64,000 nucleotides of DNA from Thermoplasmatota archaeon (GTDB lineage Archaea > Thermoplasmatota > Thermoplasmata > Halarchaeoplasmatales > Halarchaeoplasmataceae): NCBI GenBank assembly GCA_036626005.1, contig JAZKSP010000001.1, positions 1,344-65,343 of the forward strand, read 5' to 3'. Position numbers and translations under genes: made by a program. The notes beneath the pieces were generated by a model. The model worked only from the letters and a program-made list of their open reading frames with translations. It did not search any database and was not told the origin of the DNA. Positions 51,829-63,154 of the stretch are shown here, one piece after another. How positions within the stretch are numbered: the stretch's first letter is position 1; every line of letters starts with the position of its first letter.

Positions 51829-53790
51829 ATGGATGAAGATGTAGATGATTGTCCCTATTGTCAAAGACGTGTAGATGACCTGAGTGATCATCTGGAATTA
51901 GAACATGAAGAACTGACGCTGAAGAGTTTCATTTTTGATTCTAAAATTATAATCTTGACCGGTTTATTTCTTTTATTAGCTTTCATCTCCTCGTTAATCG
52001 AGTTACAAATAACTGTATTGGGCTTACATATTTCCCGGATACTGTTGGGGATCGGAATCCTGATTGGTGGTGCCCCTCTTGCGAAGGCTTCCTTGAAGGA
52101 ATTAATAAGTGAACACACTTTTGATGTTGATGGGCTGGTGGTCGTCGCCTCGATAGGTGCAGTAGCTATAGGTTATTGGTGGGAAGCCGCAGTTTTGATC
52201 TTTTTATTTTCGATCGCGGAAAGATTGGAGGATTATTCTGTCTTTAGGAGTAGACGAAGTTTGAAAGGATTGTTGGAACTTTCTCCAACTAAAGCAAGGG
52301 TGGTTAGAAACGATGAAACTACAAAGGCCTCTCTAGAGGAAATCTCCATCGGAGAGACCGTCGTTGTCAAACCGGGTGAAAGAGTCCCGTTAGATGGAGA
52401 AATAAAGAGTGGTTCATCTTCCCTTGATGAATCTGCGATTACTGGGGAATCTGTTCCCAAAGAAAAAGGACCTGGAGACGGAGTCTTTGCTGGCACACTC
52501 AATACAGACGGTCTAATCGAAGTGAAAGTTACCAAGGAAAGTCGGGACTCCACTTTATCCAAGATCGTAAGATTGGTGGAAGAGGCAGAAAAGAAAAAGG
52601 CAGATACAGAAAAGTTTGTCAATCGCTTCGCCAACTATTATACTCCTGTAATTCTACTGCTTGCCTTGGGCGTCTCAACCATCCCGTGGTTATTTTTCGA
52701 CCAACCCTTTACATTCTGGTTGTATCGTGGATTGATATTACTCGTTCTCTCGTGTCCGTGTGCCTTCGTGGTTTCTACACCCGTCTCTATGGTATCATCT
52801 ATGACCCAGTCGGCGAAAAAAGGGGTCTTAATCAAAGGGAGCATTTTTATAGAGAAGATCAGAGAGATAGATACCGTAGTCTTCGACAAAACCGGGACCT
52901 TAACAACTGGAGATTTTTCAGTAACAGAGATTGTCTCGTTAAGTAAATTAGATACTGAGAAGATCGCTCTGATTTCGAGTAGTTTGGAATCCAGCTCAGA
53001 ACATCCTTTAGCTCTTCCTATCATCGAGCACTCCGATTCCATAAACGGTGAGGATAATTATGAAGTAGAAGAATTTAGATCTCTGACTGGTGTTGGTATA
53101 GAAGGAATCATAAACGGTGAAAAATACAGGATCGGAAATCCAGATATTTTCGAGCTCGAAGGCGAAGCGGAAAAAGAGATATCGAGAATGACTTCTAAAG
53201 GAGAAACTGTAGTTGTACTTGGAAGAGAAGAAAAACCGCTAGGATTGATCGGACTTGAGGATACTTTAAGAGAAGAGGCTAGAGAAGTTATATCTTCATT
53301 AAAAGATTATGGTATAGAACCCATCATGTTAACTGGAGATAACGAGAGAACCGCCTCCACAGTGGCTGAGAAACTGGGGATAGATAGGTATATAGCGAGT
53401 GTTCTTCCAGATCAAAAGCTCGATGAGATAGAAAAGTTACAGGAAGACGGATTAGTTACGATGATAGGGGATGGTGTGAACGATGCACCGGCTCTAGTAA
53501 AAAGTGACGTAGGGATCGCTATGGGTGCTGCTGGCTCGGATACAGCGATGGAATCTGCAGATATGGCCTTGATGGAAGACGACCTTTCAAAATTGACCTA
53601 CTTGTTTGATATCAGTGAGAGGACGATGAAAGTTGTGAAAGAGAACATAGTCGCTTCTATAGGCGTCAAGTTAGCTCTAGCGGTTTTAACTTTCTTTGGT
53701 TTTGTGACGCTTTGGATTGCAGTAGGTGTCGGTGACGTCGGCATGGCTTTATTGGTTACCTTGAACGCGCTGCTCCTCGGAAAAAGATAA
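51829..53790 (+). CDS. P1B-type heavy-metal-translocating ATPase
   Basis: CPC motif in TM6 (LSCPCAF), DKTGTLT phosphorylation site, GDGVNDAPAL hinge. The N-terminal CPYCQ...HLELEHEE looks like a metal-binding segment. Confidence 0.85.
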   Translation: MDEDVDDCPYCQRRVDDLSDHLELEHEELTLKSFIFDSKIIILTGLFLLLAFISSLIELQITVLGLHISRILLGIGILIGGAPLAKASLKELISEHTFDVDGLVVVASIGAVAIGYWWEAAVLIFLFSIAERLEDYSVFRSRRSLKGLLELSPTKARVVRNDETTKASLEEISIGETVVVKPGERVPLDGEIKSGSSSLDESAITGESVPKEKGPGDGVFAGTLNTDGLIEVKVTKESRDSTLSKIVRLVEEAEKKKADTEKFVNRFANYYTPVILLLALGVSTIPWLFFDQPFTFWLYRGLILLVLSCPCAFVVSTPVSMVSSMTQSAKKGVLIKGSIFIEKIREIDTVVFDKTGTLTTGDFSVTEIVSLSKLDTEKIALISSSLESSSEHPLALPIIEHSDSINGEDNYEVEEFRSLTGVGIEGIINGEKYRIGNPDIFELEGEAEKEISRMTSKGETVVVLGREEKPLGLIGLEDTLREEAREVISSLKDYGIEPIMLTGDNERTASTVAEKLGIDRYIASVLPDQKLDEIEKLQEDGLVTMIGDGVNDAPALVKSDVGIAMGAAGSDTAMESADMALMEDDLSKLTYLFDISERTMKVVKENIVASIGVKLALAVLTFFGFVTLWIAVGVGDVGMALLVTLNALLLGKR

Positions 53791-53821
53791 AATTTTTGAA
53801 CATTAAATCGAATACCCTTCC

Positions 53822-54061
53822 ATGTGGTACCTGTATATTCTCCGATTATCCGACGGATCACTTTACACTGGGATAACAAAAGATGTAGAGAGAAGGATCG
53901 AGCAGCATGAAGAGGGGAACGGTAGCAAATATGTAAGGAGTAGACTACCCTGCAAACTCGTCCATGTGGAAGAGATGGAGAACAGGAGTGAAGCCTTGAA
54001 AAGAGAAGCAGAAATCAAGAAATGGGATAAAGAAAAAAAAGAAGATCTAGTTTCCTCCTAG
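53822..54061 (+). CDS. GIY-YIG nuclease-domain protein (small stand-alone, UPF0213-like)
   Basis: WYLYILRLSDGSLYTGITKDVERRIEQHEEG fits the GIY..YIG..R..E pattern. Confidence 0.6.
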   Translation: MWYLYILRLSDGSLYTGITKDVERRIEQHEEGNGSKYVRSRLPCKLVHVEEMENRSEALKREAEIKKWDKEKKEDLVSS

Positions 54062-54204
54062 AGAGTCATTTCATATGGATGAACAGTATCTGAAGTGACT
54101 AAATGCTTCCTCATTGAGAAATCAATCTATAACGTTAACCGACCCGAAATAGTTAATACTACCCGCTCCTTAGGATATCCGCAGTACAAAAGGAGGTTAC
54201 AACC

Positions 54205-54483
54205 ATGGACGATGAAAATACTATATTTGTTGGAAGTAAGGAAACGATGAGTTACGTGATGGCGTTGATGACACAGTTCAGTAGTGGAAGCGAAGAAGCG
54301 GTTATAAAAGCACGCGGAAGAGCCATAAGCAAAGCAGTCGATATAGCGGAGATAGCGAAGAACCGCTTTTTGGACGACGCTGAGATCACGGACATATTAA
54401 CTGAAACTGAGAAGTTGGAGAACGACGAAGGAGATGGAACGACCAACGTTTCATCTATAGAGATCACGGTAAGAAAAAATTGA
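54205..54483 (+). CDS. albA: DNA/RNA-binding protein Alba
   Basis: 92 aa containing IKARGRAISKAVDIAEIAKNRF, characteristic of Alba. Confidence 0.8.
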   Translation: MDDENTIFVGSKETMSYVMALMTQFSSGSEEAVIKARGRAISKAVDIAEIAKNRFLDDAEITDILTETEKLENDEGDGTTNVSSIEITVRKN

Positions 54484-54640
54484 GAGAGGACCAATCACGT
54501 TGAAAGGTCATCCTCTAAATGAAGGGGAATTTATAATAGCCGGATTAAAAGCTCCTCAAATCAAAGCTTTTCAGTGAGATTTTTCCGGCTTTATTTCCTG
54601 ACATTTACTGTGGAATTAGCTTTAGTGATAAACAGTTTCT

Positions 54641-56062
54641 TTAACCCTTTTCCTCAACTATTTCAATCAAGTCTTGAGCCTTTTTATTGATACGGTATTT
54701 CGGGTTCTCACTTAGATTCCTAAGGTGTTCTATAGTTGTTTCATCGTATATACCTTGCTTAACCATGACAGATAGCGTCAACAAAGATCTTTCTAATAGG
54801 TCTTCATCCTGTGATCGAAGGAGTTCGTTCAAATAGCTTATAGATTCCTCTGCAGAAACCCCCTGCTCTACCAGGTGTTTTAGGGTAGAAAGTGCTGAGA
54901 TTTTAACAAATTTGTTTGAGTCATTCAATGCATCTAAAACATTTTCAAGGATTGATTCATCGCAGCTTTTTTCTATAGTGATGAAATCTATCGCTTCAAT
55001 AGCAGTTTCCCTTACATCATCTTGATTTTCTTCGAGCAGATCAATTAAGGACTCGATAGACTCAGGATCATAAATCCCCACACTGGTGAGTTCTTTGATG
55101 GACCTAGCCGCAACTTTTTTTGTTTCTTTGGTTTCCTCTTGTAGGGTATCGTTCAAGATATTTAAGATTTCATCTTCCTTTATATCGTTCTTCGCCATTA
55201 AGGTCATAGTTTTTATCGCAAGTGTACTTATCTCTTCGTCATCAGAATCTAACAATTGATTTAGAGGGTCTAAGGAAGATTCGTCCATCAACCCTCTTTC
55301 AGCGAAATCAAGGAGATGTTTAATCATCTGTTTTTGTCGTTTTTTATCGTAATCGAGTAACATTTTACTCAAGATTTCGATAGTTCTTCTCTTGTAATAG
55401 CCATTCTCAAAAGCAGATTTGAGTGCCGAGGCGGCCGCTTTACTATTTTTTTCATCTATTTCTCTCAATAGTCTGTTCAACTTCCCGATAACTGGAGATA
55501 CGTCGATATTGTTTTCCGCTAATGTTTCTATCGTCTTTGCGGCATTTCGTTTTACCTCACCACTCGTTCTACTGAGTAAATCTCCTACTTTCTCTACCAT
55601 TTTCTCGTCAGTCATGTCCTCCTTTGCCATACTCTGTAGGGTGTGAAGTGCAACTTTTTTTGTTTCCTCATCTGAGCTATCTAAAATCCGATAAAGTTCT
55701 TCTAAACTCGAAGGTTTACAGATTCCATTTTCCGCTAGAACCTCGAGAGTTCTTACCGCGTTCCATCTAACGGATTCGTCTTCATCTATAAGATTCTCGT
55801 TCAATTTATCTATCGCTTCTATATCGTAAATATCCTTTTCAGCTAATCCTCTTAACGCTTTGGCAGCAACAGCTTTTATATCTTCGTCATCTTCATCTAA
55901 AAGAGAGATCAATGGTTTTAAAGAAGAACTCTCGTAGACATCATTTTGTGCCAACTTATAGATCCCTTCGACAGCACGTTCCCGGATGTCTTTAGACTCG
56001 TCTTTTAGTGCTTTTTCTAGAGGTTTCAGAGTTGATACATCGTAGACCCCCTTATCTATCAA
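54641..56062 (-). CDS. HEAT-repeat protein (PBS-lyase-type HEAT-like repeats)
   Basis: ~12 tandem ~31-aa helical repeats matching (S/E)xVRxxAxxALxxIxxxxAxxxL. Confidence 0.65.
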   Translation of the reverse strand: MIDKGVYDVSTLKPLEKALKDESKDIRERAVEGIYKLAQNDVYESSSLKPLISLLDEDDEDIKAVAAKALRGLAEKDIYDIEAIDKLNENLIDEDESVRWNAVRTLEVLAENGICKPSSLEELYRILDSSDEETKKVALHTLQSMAKEDMTDEKMVEKVGDLLSRTSGEVKRNAAKTIETLAENNIDVSPVIGKLNRLLREIDEKNSKAAASALKSAFENGYYKRRTIEILSKMLLDYDKKRQKQMIKHLLDFAERGLMDESSLDPLNQLLDSDDEEISTLAIKTMTLMAKNDIKEDEILNILNDTLQEETKETKKVAARSIKELTSVGIYDPESIESLIDLLEENQDDVRETAIEAIDFITIEKSCDESILENVLDALNDSNKFVKISALSTLKHLVEQGVSAEESISYLNELLRSQDEDLLERSLLTLSVMVKQGIYDETTIEHLRNLSENPKYRINKKAQDLIEIVEEKG

Positions 56063-56325
56063 CTCATTTATAGATCGTACAGCCTTTTCCCTAACTTCGA
56101 GATCATCATGTAGAACATATTCATTCAGTTTAGAAATGTCCTCTTCTTCTTTTAGCTTTTCCAGATTGGGAATCTATACCACCTTTTATTTAGTCATGAT
56201 TTCAATATTATAAAATACTTTTGAGAGAAAATGATTTTTGGTGGAATATTTTTACCTTGGATTGACCTTCTATTCCATTTCCTCCGAAAACCTTATATCA
56301 TTTTGGATGTATCTTTTATATAAAG

Positions 56326-57429
56326 ATGGCCAACGCTCTGTTGATAATATTGGTTGTAATTATATTTGCCGTTGTTTCGTTGTCAGCTTATTTTTACTTA
56401 GAAAAGACTAAAAAAAGAAGATTGAAAAAAATAAAAACTCAAAGTGGATTATCTCCTGAAGATGAAGCTTACAATAGAGTTAAGAGGACAGAAGGCGCAA
56501 CGAGGATGATGAAACGAAAGGGGAAGGATGTTCAACAGGCTGACGAGAAGGTCAATAAAGCTGAACAGGCACTAGAAAAAGGTGATTTGTCCCAGGCTAA
56601 GGATCTAGCTGCGAAGGCGAAAGACGATCTTGCTGATGAGAAAACAGACATGGAACCTTCTAATGATGATGAAGACGTGAAGAGGGCCTATACCGTAGAT
56701 GAATTGGAGGAAGTAGAATTTAAAGAAAGCGAGGAAGCGAATCGTAAGAGAAGAGAGCTTGAAGAGCAAAAAAAGAAACTTGAAAGTCTTCCGGATAATT
56801 TTCTCGAATCAAAGTTCGAAATGAAATTGGCTCGAGACCTTTTAAACGAAACCGAACACGGCCAGAAGGCCGAAGAATTGTATGCAAAAGCGGAAAAATG
56901 CTTTGATGAGGAGGATTATACAGGGGCACTTAGATATTCTATCAAATGTAAAAAGAATATAAAAGGTAAGGAAGGAGCTGGATTGATTTCAGGACAGGAT
57001 ATCGATAAAAAAGAGGGGCCTCCGGAAAAAGTGAAGGAACGTTTTCCTGACCTTGTTGGAGGTTCAGAAAAGTCAAAAGATGCTTTTGAGAAAACTAAGA
57101 GTAAAATGCAAGCAGAAATTAGTGATGAAACCGAAGATGAAGATTACCGACCCATAGAAGAAGAGGAAAAGTCTGAAGTAGTAAAGACTTGTCCAGAATG
57201 CGGCTTTGAAGGCGGTGAGGACGATTCTTATTGCCCGAAGTGCGGGGCGGAACTGATAATAGAGAAAAGTGCCTGTCCAGAATGCGGACAGGAAGTGGAA
57301 GAGGGCGACGAATTCTGTAGGAACTGCGGAACTCTATTGGAGGAATCTACCTTTGTCTGCCCAGAGTGTAGTGTCGAAGTCGGAGAGGAAGATGAATTCT
57401 GTCCGAACTGTGGTATAGAATTTGAGTGA
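56326..57429 (+). CDS. Membrane-anchored coiled-coil protein with three C-terminal zinc-ribbon repeats
   Basis: N-terminal TM helix, a K/E-rich helical middle, then CPECGFEGGEDDSYCPKCGAEL repeated three times with variations. Confidence 0.45.
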   Translation: MANALLIILVVIIFAVVSLSAYFYLEKTKKRRLKKIKTQSGLSPEDEAYNRVKRTEGATRMMKRKGKDVQQADEKVNKAEQALEKGDLSQAKDLAAKAKDDLADEKTDMEPSNDDEDVKRAYTVDELEEVEFKESEEANRKRRELEEQKKKLESLPDNFLESKFEMKLARDLLNETEHGQKAEELYAKAEKCFDEEDYTGALRYSIKCKKNIKGKEGAGLISGQDIDKKEGPPEKVKERFPDLVGGSEKSKDAFEKTKSKMQAEISDETEDEDYRPIEEEEKSEVVKTCPECGFEGGEDDSYCPKCGAELIIEKSACPECGQEVEEGDEFCRNCGTLLEESTFVCPECSVEVGEEDEFCPNCGIEFE

Positions 57430-57442
57430 TTTAAAAAAAGAT

Positions 57443-58252
57443 TCAGTCATCTAATATATCTTCATCGATTATTTCTTCATCGATCAAATAGGTTACGATC
57501 TCGTTGATCTGTTCGGGTGAAATGTTCCCTACTCTTTTATCCCCATATGGAATACTTTCATCTTTCAAATCTAATCCGGTTTCTAGAGAATTTTTGATCT
57601 TTTTTCTCCTGTAATTAAAAAGTTCCTTCACAACTTTGGAAAAAAGCTCTTCGTTCTTCAGATCAAATTTCGGTTCGGAAGGGATTAATCTGATCACCGA
57701 AGCATCGACTTCTGGAGGAGGATAAAAACTCTTTTTGGATATATGGAATAATTTTTCAACTTCCGCGTAGACTGAAACCATCACAGACAGTCTAGAGTAC
57801 TCTTCTTCTCCCACTTGAGCGAGCATACGTTCCGCAAATTGTTTTTGGTATGTTAATACACCCCCTTTAAAATCATATTTGAGCAGTTTGAAGGTGATAG
57901 GGGAGGATATACTGAAAGGAAGATTGGATACTATTTTGTCAAAATCGGGTATTTCTAGTTCTAGAACGTCTTCTTGGATGATGTTTATATCATAGTTTGA
58001 ATATCTTCCTTCGAGATAACTCGTAAGATCCTTATCTTTTTCTATCAAAATCGTTTTTCCAGCTCTTTCAACTATAAAATCTGTCAGAACACCCAATCCC
58101 GGGCCGATCTCTAGAATTTTATCGGAAGTTCTTATATTTGCGGAATCGACTATTTTTTTTGCAATATTTCCATCTTCAAGAAAATTCTGTCCAAGACTCT
58201 TAGTGGGTCTAACCCCCAATCTTCTGAGTCTATCTTTAACGTTTTTCTCCAT
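57443..58252 (-). CDS. rsmA: 16S rRNA (adenine1518/1519-N6)-dimethyltransferase KsgA/Dim1
   Basis: N-terminal SLGQNFLEDGNIAKKIV and a SAM-binding motif ILEIGPGLGVLT. Confidence 0.85.
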   Translation of the reverse strand: MEKNVKDRLRRLGVRPTKSLGQNFLEDGNIAKKIVDSANIRTSDKILEIGPGLGVLTDFIVERAGKTILIEKDKDLTSYLEGRYSNYDINIIQEDVLELEIPDFDKIVSNLPFSISSPITFKLLKYDFKGGVLTYQKQFAERMLAQVGEEEYSRLSVMVSVYAEVEKLFHISKKSFYPPPEVDASVIRLIPSEPKFDLKNEELFSKVVKELFNYRRKKIKNSLETGLDLKDESIPYGDKRVGNISPEQINEIVTYLIDEEIIDEDILDD

Positions 58253-58370
58253 AGAGCGATCAACCCGATAAACTATCTTTCATAAACCCTAACTACCGAA
58301 TCGCGGATAAATGCCCCTTTTGAAGGTTATAAAAGGAGAGAGGCCGAAAGGTGATAAACTCCTGTCTCGT

Positions 58371-58619
58371 TCAATCCATCGTTATATTTTCCATCACGAC
58401 TACGTCTTTTACAGCTTTCATCCCTTCATAGGGCAAAACCAGTCGTTCTTCGGCATCGGTCTCGAACAGTTCGGTTTCTATTTCTTCAGCGGGCGTAGCC
58501 AATACATGTTTGATGTTCCCAGAATCGGTATCTATTACAAAGTTATCTATTTTACCCAGTATTTGTCCATCGTTGGTCATCACGGTTTTGCCTCGCAATT
58601 CGGTAACAAACATCCTCAT
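58371..58619 (-). CDS. PRC-barrel domain protein
   Basis: LRGKTVMTNDGQILGKIDNFVIDTDSGNIKHVL matches the PRC-barrel consensus. Confidence 0.6.
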   Translation of the reverse strand: MRMFVTELRGKTVMTNDGQILGKIDNFVIDTDSGNIKHVLATPAEEIETELFETDAEERLVLPYEGMKAVKDVVVMENITMD

Positions 58620-58662
58620 ATCATTTACCTCCTTTTTCTCAAATATTTTATTCTACTTATTA

Positions 58663-60867
58663 TTACCGATATATGTCAACACCATTAAAATCTTTCTTCT
58701 TATTAACGCTTTTTTCCATATCTTCTTCCCATTCTTCGTACATCTCTCTAACTTCTTCATCAACTGAGGGTTTTACTTCCTCGACAGCCTGTTCAAAATG
58801 AACCGTTTGGACCTTCTCTGAGTCTTTCTTGATCGCTTTCAGACCCGCTTCTCGACAAACGGATTCTATATCTGCTCCGACGTAAGATTCCGTAATATTT
58901 ACTAGCTCTTCCAGATCAACGTCCTCTCCGAGTGGCATATTTCTGGTATGGATTTCGAATATTTTTTCTCTCGCCTCTCTGTCAGGTACGGGGACCGAGA
59001 GTCTATGATCGAATCTTCCAGCTCTCAGAAGGGCATTGTCTATCCTATCTGGTCGGTTAGTCGCGCCGAGCACAACTATATCGGTGCTTCTTTCTATCCC
59101 GTCTAAACTCGTCAAAAGCTGATTGACCACTCTATCGGTAGTTCCGTCGGTTCCTTTTTCCCCTCTTTTAGGAGCTAATGCATCTAATTCATCTAAAAAT
59201 ACAACAGATGGCGCCGTCTGACGGGCCTTTTTGAAGACTTCTCTGACCGCCTTTTCACTTTCGCCCACCCATTTGGAAAGTACTTCCGGACCTTTTACAG
59301 AGATGAAATTAGCGTTACTTTCATTTGCGATCGCTTTAGCCAGTAGAGTCTTTCCGGTCCCAGGCGGTCCGTAGAGTAAGATACCCTTTGGAGGTTCTAT
59401 CCCCATCTCGATAAAAGATTCTGGATCAGATATAGGTCTCTCTACTGAATCTTTTAACTTCTCTTTTATATCCTCTAGACCCCCAACGTCATTCCACGAG
59501 ACCTGAGGCACCTCGACCATTATCTCTCTTAGACTGCTAGGTTCTACCTCCCGAAGAGCTTCTTGGAAATCCTTCTCTTTGACCTCCATCTTCTCCAGCA
59601 CTTCACTAGGTATAGGTTCGCCCATCTCTATATCAGGTAAATATCTTCTCAAGGCGCGCATTGCTGCTTCTTTGACAAGTGATTCTAAATCCGCGCCTGC
59701 AAAACCATGCGTGTATTCAGACAGTCTAGTAAGCTCGACGTCCTTCGCAACCGGCATCCCCCGAGTATGTATCTGCAGTATCTCTTTTCTTCCGTTTCGA
59801 TCGGGTAGACCGATCTCTATCTCTCTATCGAATCTACCAGGTCTTCGCAGAGCGGGATCTATGGCGTCTACACGATTAGTGGCGCCGATCACTATGGTTT
59901 CCCCTCTCTGCGTCAGCCCATCTAATAGAGTCAAAAGTTGAGCGACAACTCTCCTCTCAACTTCCCCTTTGACGTCGTCCCTTTTTGGGGCGATAGAATC
60001 GAGTTCGTCTATAAATATTATAGATGGTGATTGATCTTTTGCTTCTTCAAATTTCTCTCTTAATTTTTCCTCGCTCTGCCCATAATATTTGGACATGATC
60101 TCCGGTCCCTGCACGGATAGGAAATTAGCGCCTGCTTCGTTGGCCACTGCTTTAGCGATCCAGGTCTTCCCGGTTCCAGGTGGACCATGGAGGAGTACGC
60201 CTTTAGGCGGTTCTATACTGAGCCTCTCGAAAAGTTTTGGATGCTTAAGAGGGAGCTCTATCATCTCTCTAACCCTTTTCAGTTCTTCATCTAGACCTCC
60301 AACGTCCTCGTAAGTTACTCGTGTAGTCGCCATGACTTCACTTTCACTAACTGGTTCCGCTTTCACCTTTACTTCAGTCTCATCGGATATGATCACCGGT
60401 TCTACAGGATTGGTGGAGATCACCATGAAAGGAACACTACCTCCCATCAGAGCTATCCCTGGGACTACTATCGCATCTCCTGCCAAGATCGGACGTTTAA
60501 GAAGGCGTTTTTTAACATAAGAGTCGATGCCGTCTCCAAACTTTAATCTGTTTCCTTCTTCAATCACGGGGGCTATGACGATTTTCTTTGCTTCAGTTAC
60601 CGAAATTTTACTGACTTCTACCTTATCACCCATGGAGACCTTGGCGTTCTTTCTAACCAGTCCGTCTATACGGATTATGTCTTCTCCCTCATCTTCAGAT
60701 GACAATCGAAAGACCTTAGCGACGGTTTCCTTTTCTCCCGATATCTTGATCACGTCGCCGACTTCAACACCAAGGTCCATCCTCGTTTTCGCACCTAACC
60801 GCGCTCTATTTCTACCGATGTCATCTTGAGGCGCTTCTTTGACTTTCAATACCTTTTCATCTGTCAT
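58663..60867 (-). CDS. cdc48: AAA+ ATPase Cdc48/VCP (two AAA domains)
   Basis: N-domain double-psi barrel. Two Walker A (GPPGTGKT x2) and Walker B (IIFIDELD / VVFLDELD) sets plus second-region-of-homology motifs. Confidence 0.9.
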   Translation of the reverse strand: MTDEKVLKVKEAPQDDIGRNRARLGAKTRMDLGVEVGDVIKISGEKETVAKVFRLSSEDEGEDIIRIDGLVRKNAKVSMGDKVEVSKISVTEAKKIVIAPVIEEGNRLKFGDGIDSYVKKRLLKRPILAGDAIVVPGIALMGGSVPFMVISTNPVEPVIISDETEVKVKAEPVSESEVMATTRVTYEDVGGLDEELKRVREMIELPLKHPKLFERLSIEPPKGVLLHGPPGTGKTWIAKAVANEAGANFLSVQGPEIMSKYYGQSEEKLREKFEEAKDQSPSIIFIDELDSIAPKRDDVKGEVERRVVAQLLTLLDGLTQRGETIVIGATNRVDAIDPALRRPGRFDREIEIGLPDRNGRKEILQIHTRGMPVAKDVELTRLSEYTHGFAGADLESLVKEAAMRALRRYLPDIEMGEPIPSEVLEKMEVKEKDFQEALREVEPSSLREIMVEVPQVSWNDVGGLEDIKEKLKDSVERPISDPESFIEMGIEPPKGILLYGPPGTGKTLLAKAIANESNANFISVKGPEVLSKWVGESEKAVREVFKKARQTAPSVVFLDELDALAPKRGEKGTDGTTDRVVNQLLTSLDGIERSTDIVVLGATNRPDRIDNALLRAGRFDHRLSVPVPDREAREKIFEIHTRNMPLGEDVDLEELVNITESYVGADIESVCREAGLKAIKKDSEKVQTVHFEQAVEEVKPSVDEEVREMYEEWEEDMEKSVNKKKDFNGVDIYR

Positions 60868-60951
60868 AAATGACTCTTGTAGAGAAAAATCTAAGAAGCT
60901 ATAAAATACTTTGGTAAAATAAGAGCAAAGTTAGGATGTTCACTACCCTTC

Positions 60952-61653
60952 TTATCCTTGTAAAGTAACTACCATTTCGACCTTGTTTGAGTTATCGTTA
61001 ATATCATCCGCGCGGATCACAACCTTGTGCTCTCCGGATTCCAACTCGCCTAGAGATCTATCTAGGGGTCCAGATTCATAGATGTTTTCAGAAGTTTCAC
61101 TTTTATTCATGTCTACGTAATTTTCGCTTTTAAAAGCCATTTGGACACTGTCATCATCAACGGCTGCGTTGTCTGTGACCTCCGCTACGACTCTAATCTG
61201 TTCATCACCTGTTAAGTTAGTTACGTTGACCTCGTCTTGAGTTACCCAATCACCGTCTTGATCTTGAATTTCAAGCCTTACATCGTCCACCTGAGGACCA
61301 GCAAAATCGCCAAAAGGTGGATTCATCAGGATTATCCAAACGGCTAAAAGCGTCAAAAAGTAAACTGCTCCGTTCTTTACCCATCCTTTCTTGTCTATCT
61401 TATCGATGTCGATATTCAAAATATCATATATTGGTTTTAAAAACACCAGTCCGAGCATCCCAATAAGAAGACTGATTAACGCATTCATGGTCAAATTGAA
61501 GACGGACATACTTACCAACGCGAAAATAGGAGCTATAGCCACAGCTATCAGAGTAGATTTCCCTTTGTTTATCTCTTTCTTCATGTATTCGACACGATCA
61601 AATTCTAGATCGATATCGAGATCGTCGTCATCTTCGTTCCATCTCTTAGCCAT
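60952..61653 (-). CDS. Hypothetical membrane protein with acidic extracytoplasmic domain
   Basis: Three TM helices followed by a ~110-aa D/E-rich beta-rich domain. Confidence 0.35.
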   Translation of the reverse strand: MAKRWNEDDDDLDIDLEFDRVEYMKKEINKGKSTLIAVAIAPIFALVSMSVFNLTMNALISLLIGMLGLVFLKPIYDILNIDIDKIDKKGWVKNGAVYFLTLLAVWIILMNPPFGDFAGPQVDDVRLEIQDQDGDWVTQDEVNVTNLTGDEQIRVVAEVTDNAAVDDDSVQMAFKSENYVDMNKSETSENIYESGPLDRSLGELESGEHKVVIRADDINDNSNKVEMVVTLQG

Positions 61654-61709
61654 GTGCTCGGGATTATTGAAAGGGCTATCTTAAAAACCTTTTGTATAGA
61701 AAAGACGAC

Positions 61710-62258
61710 TTATTTGGATTCATTTGATTTAATATCATCCAAAACCTCTGCAGCTTTTTTCTGAAAATCCGATAGAGTTCCTTCGTTAACTATCATCTGG
61801 TCGGCCCTAGCTATTACATTTCCCATACCCCAATCAAGCTCCCTCCTGTCCCTTTCGTGGAATTCTGTACGTGTCTGGGGTGCGTCTTCTCTTCCTCTCT
61901 CTTTTAGTCTTTCAAATCTTGTCTTTGGAGAGGAATGAATTGCTACTATAGGAGCATTTTTTTCAAGTTCCGACTTAAATATGTTCACTTCTTCCGCACT
62001 TCTTATCCCGTCTATGACTGTTTCTTCACCTGAAACTTTAGACAATGTTCGATCTGCCCAGATCCCCTCATGATGTTCTTCCCTTTCTTTATTAGCGAAT
62101 TCTCCTATACTGATCTCTTGCTTAGAGAGATCTGCCATTTCAGCTTGCTCTCTAACAATGTCTCCCATCCTCACAATGTCGAAACCTTTCTTTTTAGCTA
62201 TCTTCAAAAATTCTTCTTTTCCAGCTCCTGGCATACCCGCTAATAATATGACCACCAT
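61710..62258 (-). CDS. P-loop nucleotide kinase (archaeal adenylate-kinase-related, UPF0200-like)
   Basis: Walker A LLAGMPGAGKEEF with kinase-like lid and NMP regions. The start is probably the Met at 62258; the tracked ORF begins earlier and would overlap the nadE stop. Confidence 0.5.
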   Translation of the reverse strand: MVVILLAGMPGAGKEEFLKIAKKKGFDIVRMGDIVREQAEMADLSKQEISIGEFANKEREEHHEGIWADRTLSKVSGEETVIDGIRSAEEVNIFKSELEKNAPIVAIHSSPKTRFERLKERGREDAPQTRTEFHERDRRELDWGMGNVIARADQMIVNEGTLSDFQKKAAEVLDDIKSNESK

Positions 62259-62272
62259 GATATTATCCTCCG

Positions 62273-63079
62273 CTACTGGGTGAATTCTCTCCAATCTAAA
62301 CCTATCGTTCTGCTTCTGAGTTTCAAAACCGTGGGGAATTTTCTTTTATGGACTGAATTATGTATCATCTCTTTCACATCTTCCACGGTACTTTCAGAAA
62401 CCCCGTTCTTCTCTGCTATTTTTTCTAATAGTTCTTGGGCCTCTATACCCTTCAAGACTTCATCTATTTCTTTGTAGGTATGTCCCAGTTCATCTTCATC
62501 CGTTTGTCCCTCCCAGAGACCCGCCCGCGGTACCTTCTCTATGAAGCGTTCCGGCACATCGATCTTTTTGGCCAAATTCTTCACATCTGATTTGTAAACG
62601 TCTCCTATAGGTAGAAAATCCGCGGCGCTATCACCATATTTGGTGGTATATCCCAGTAAAAGTTCGCTCTTGTTGCTAGTTCCGATGACGAGTTTTCTCT
62701 CTACATTTGCCACATAGTATTCGATACAAGCTCTAACCCTAGCCTTCAAGTTCGCATAGGGCAGTTTTTCTTCTGAACTTGCGGGAAAGCACTCCAGTAT
62801 AGGATCTATCTTGTATTCGTCATATTCGATATCCCACTTATCGGCTATCCAACGTGCGTCTCTCATGTCCTCTTCGGGACTCGTGCTCTCAGGCATTATT
62901 ATGCCGTTAACTCTATCTTTTCCGAGAGCATCTATAGAAAGCTTGAGAACGGTGGTGGAATCTAAACCTCCACTCAACCCTAAAACTACCCCCTCTGTAC
63001 CGGTCTTTTCCACTTTATCTGTGATGAAATTCCTGATCAATCTAATATCCTCTTTCATCGGGTCTTGCTCTTGGGACAT
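62273..63079 (-). CDS. nadE: NH3-dependent NAD+ synthetase
   Basis: PP-loop GLSGGLDSTTV and overall NadE architecture. Confidence 0.85.
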   Translation of the reverse strand: MSQEQDPMKEDIRLIRNFITDKVEKTGTEGVVLGLSGGLDSTTVLKLSIDALGKDRVNGIIMPESTSPEEDMRDARWIADKWDIEYDEYKIDPILECFPASSEEKLPYANLKARVRACIEYYVANVERKLVIGTSNKSELLLGYTTKYGDSAADFLPIGDVYKSDVKNLAKKIDVPERFIEKVPRAGLWEGQTDEDELGHTYKEIDEVLKGIEAQELLEKIAEKNGVSESTVEDVKEMIHNSVHKRKFPTVLKLRSRTIGLDWREFTQ

Positions 63080-63154
63080 GGTGAGTGATTGAAAAGGGTC
63101 GTTATTATTTTTATGGGTTTTAAATGAGTTATAAGGGAACTAAGGGAGTATTTT

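Noticed and set aside
54484-54640. Possible small RNA downstream of alba (hairpin ccgga...tccgg)
   Set aside because: A single modest inverted repeat followed by a T-rich stretch is more simply an intrinsic-terminator-like element shared by the convergent alba and HEAT genes. No further structure is evident.
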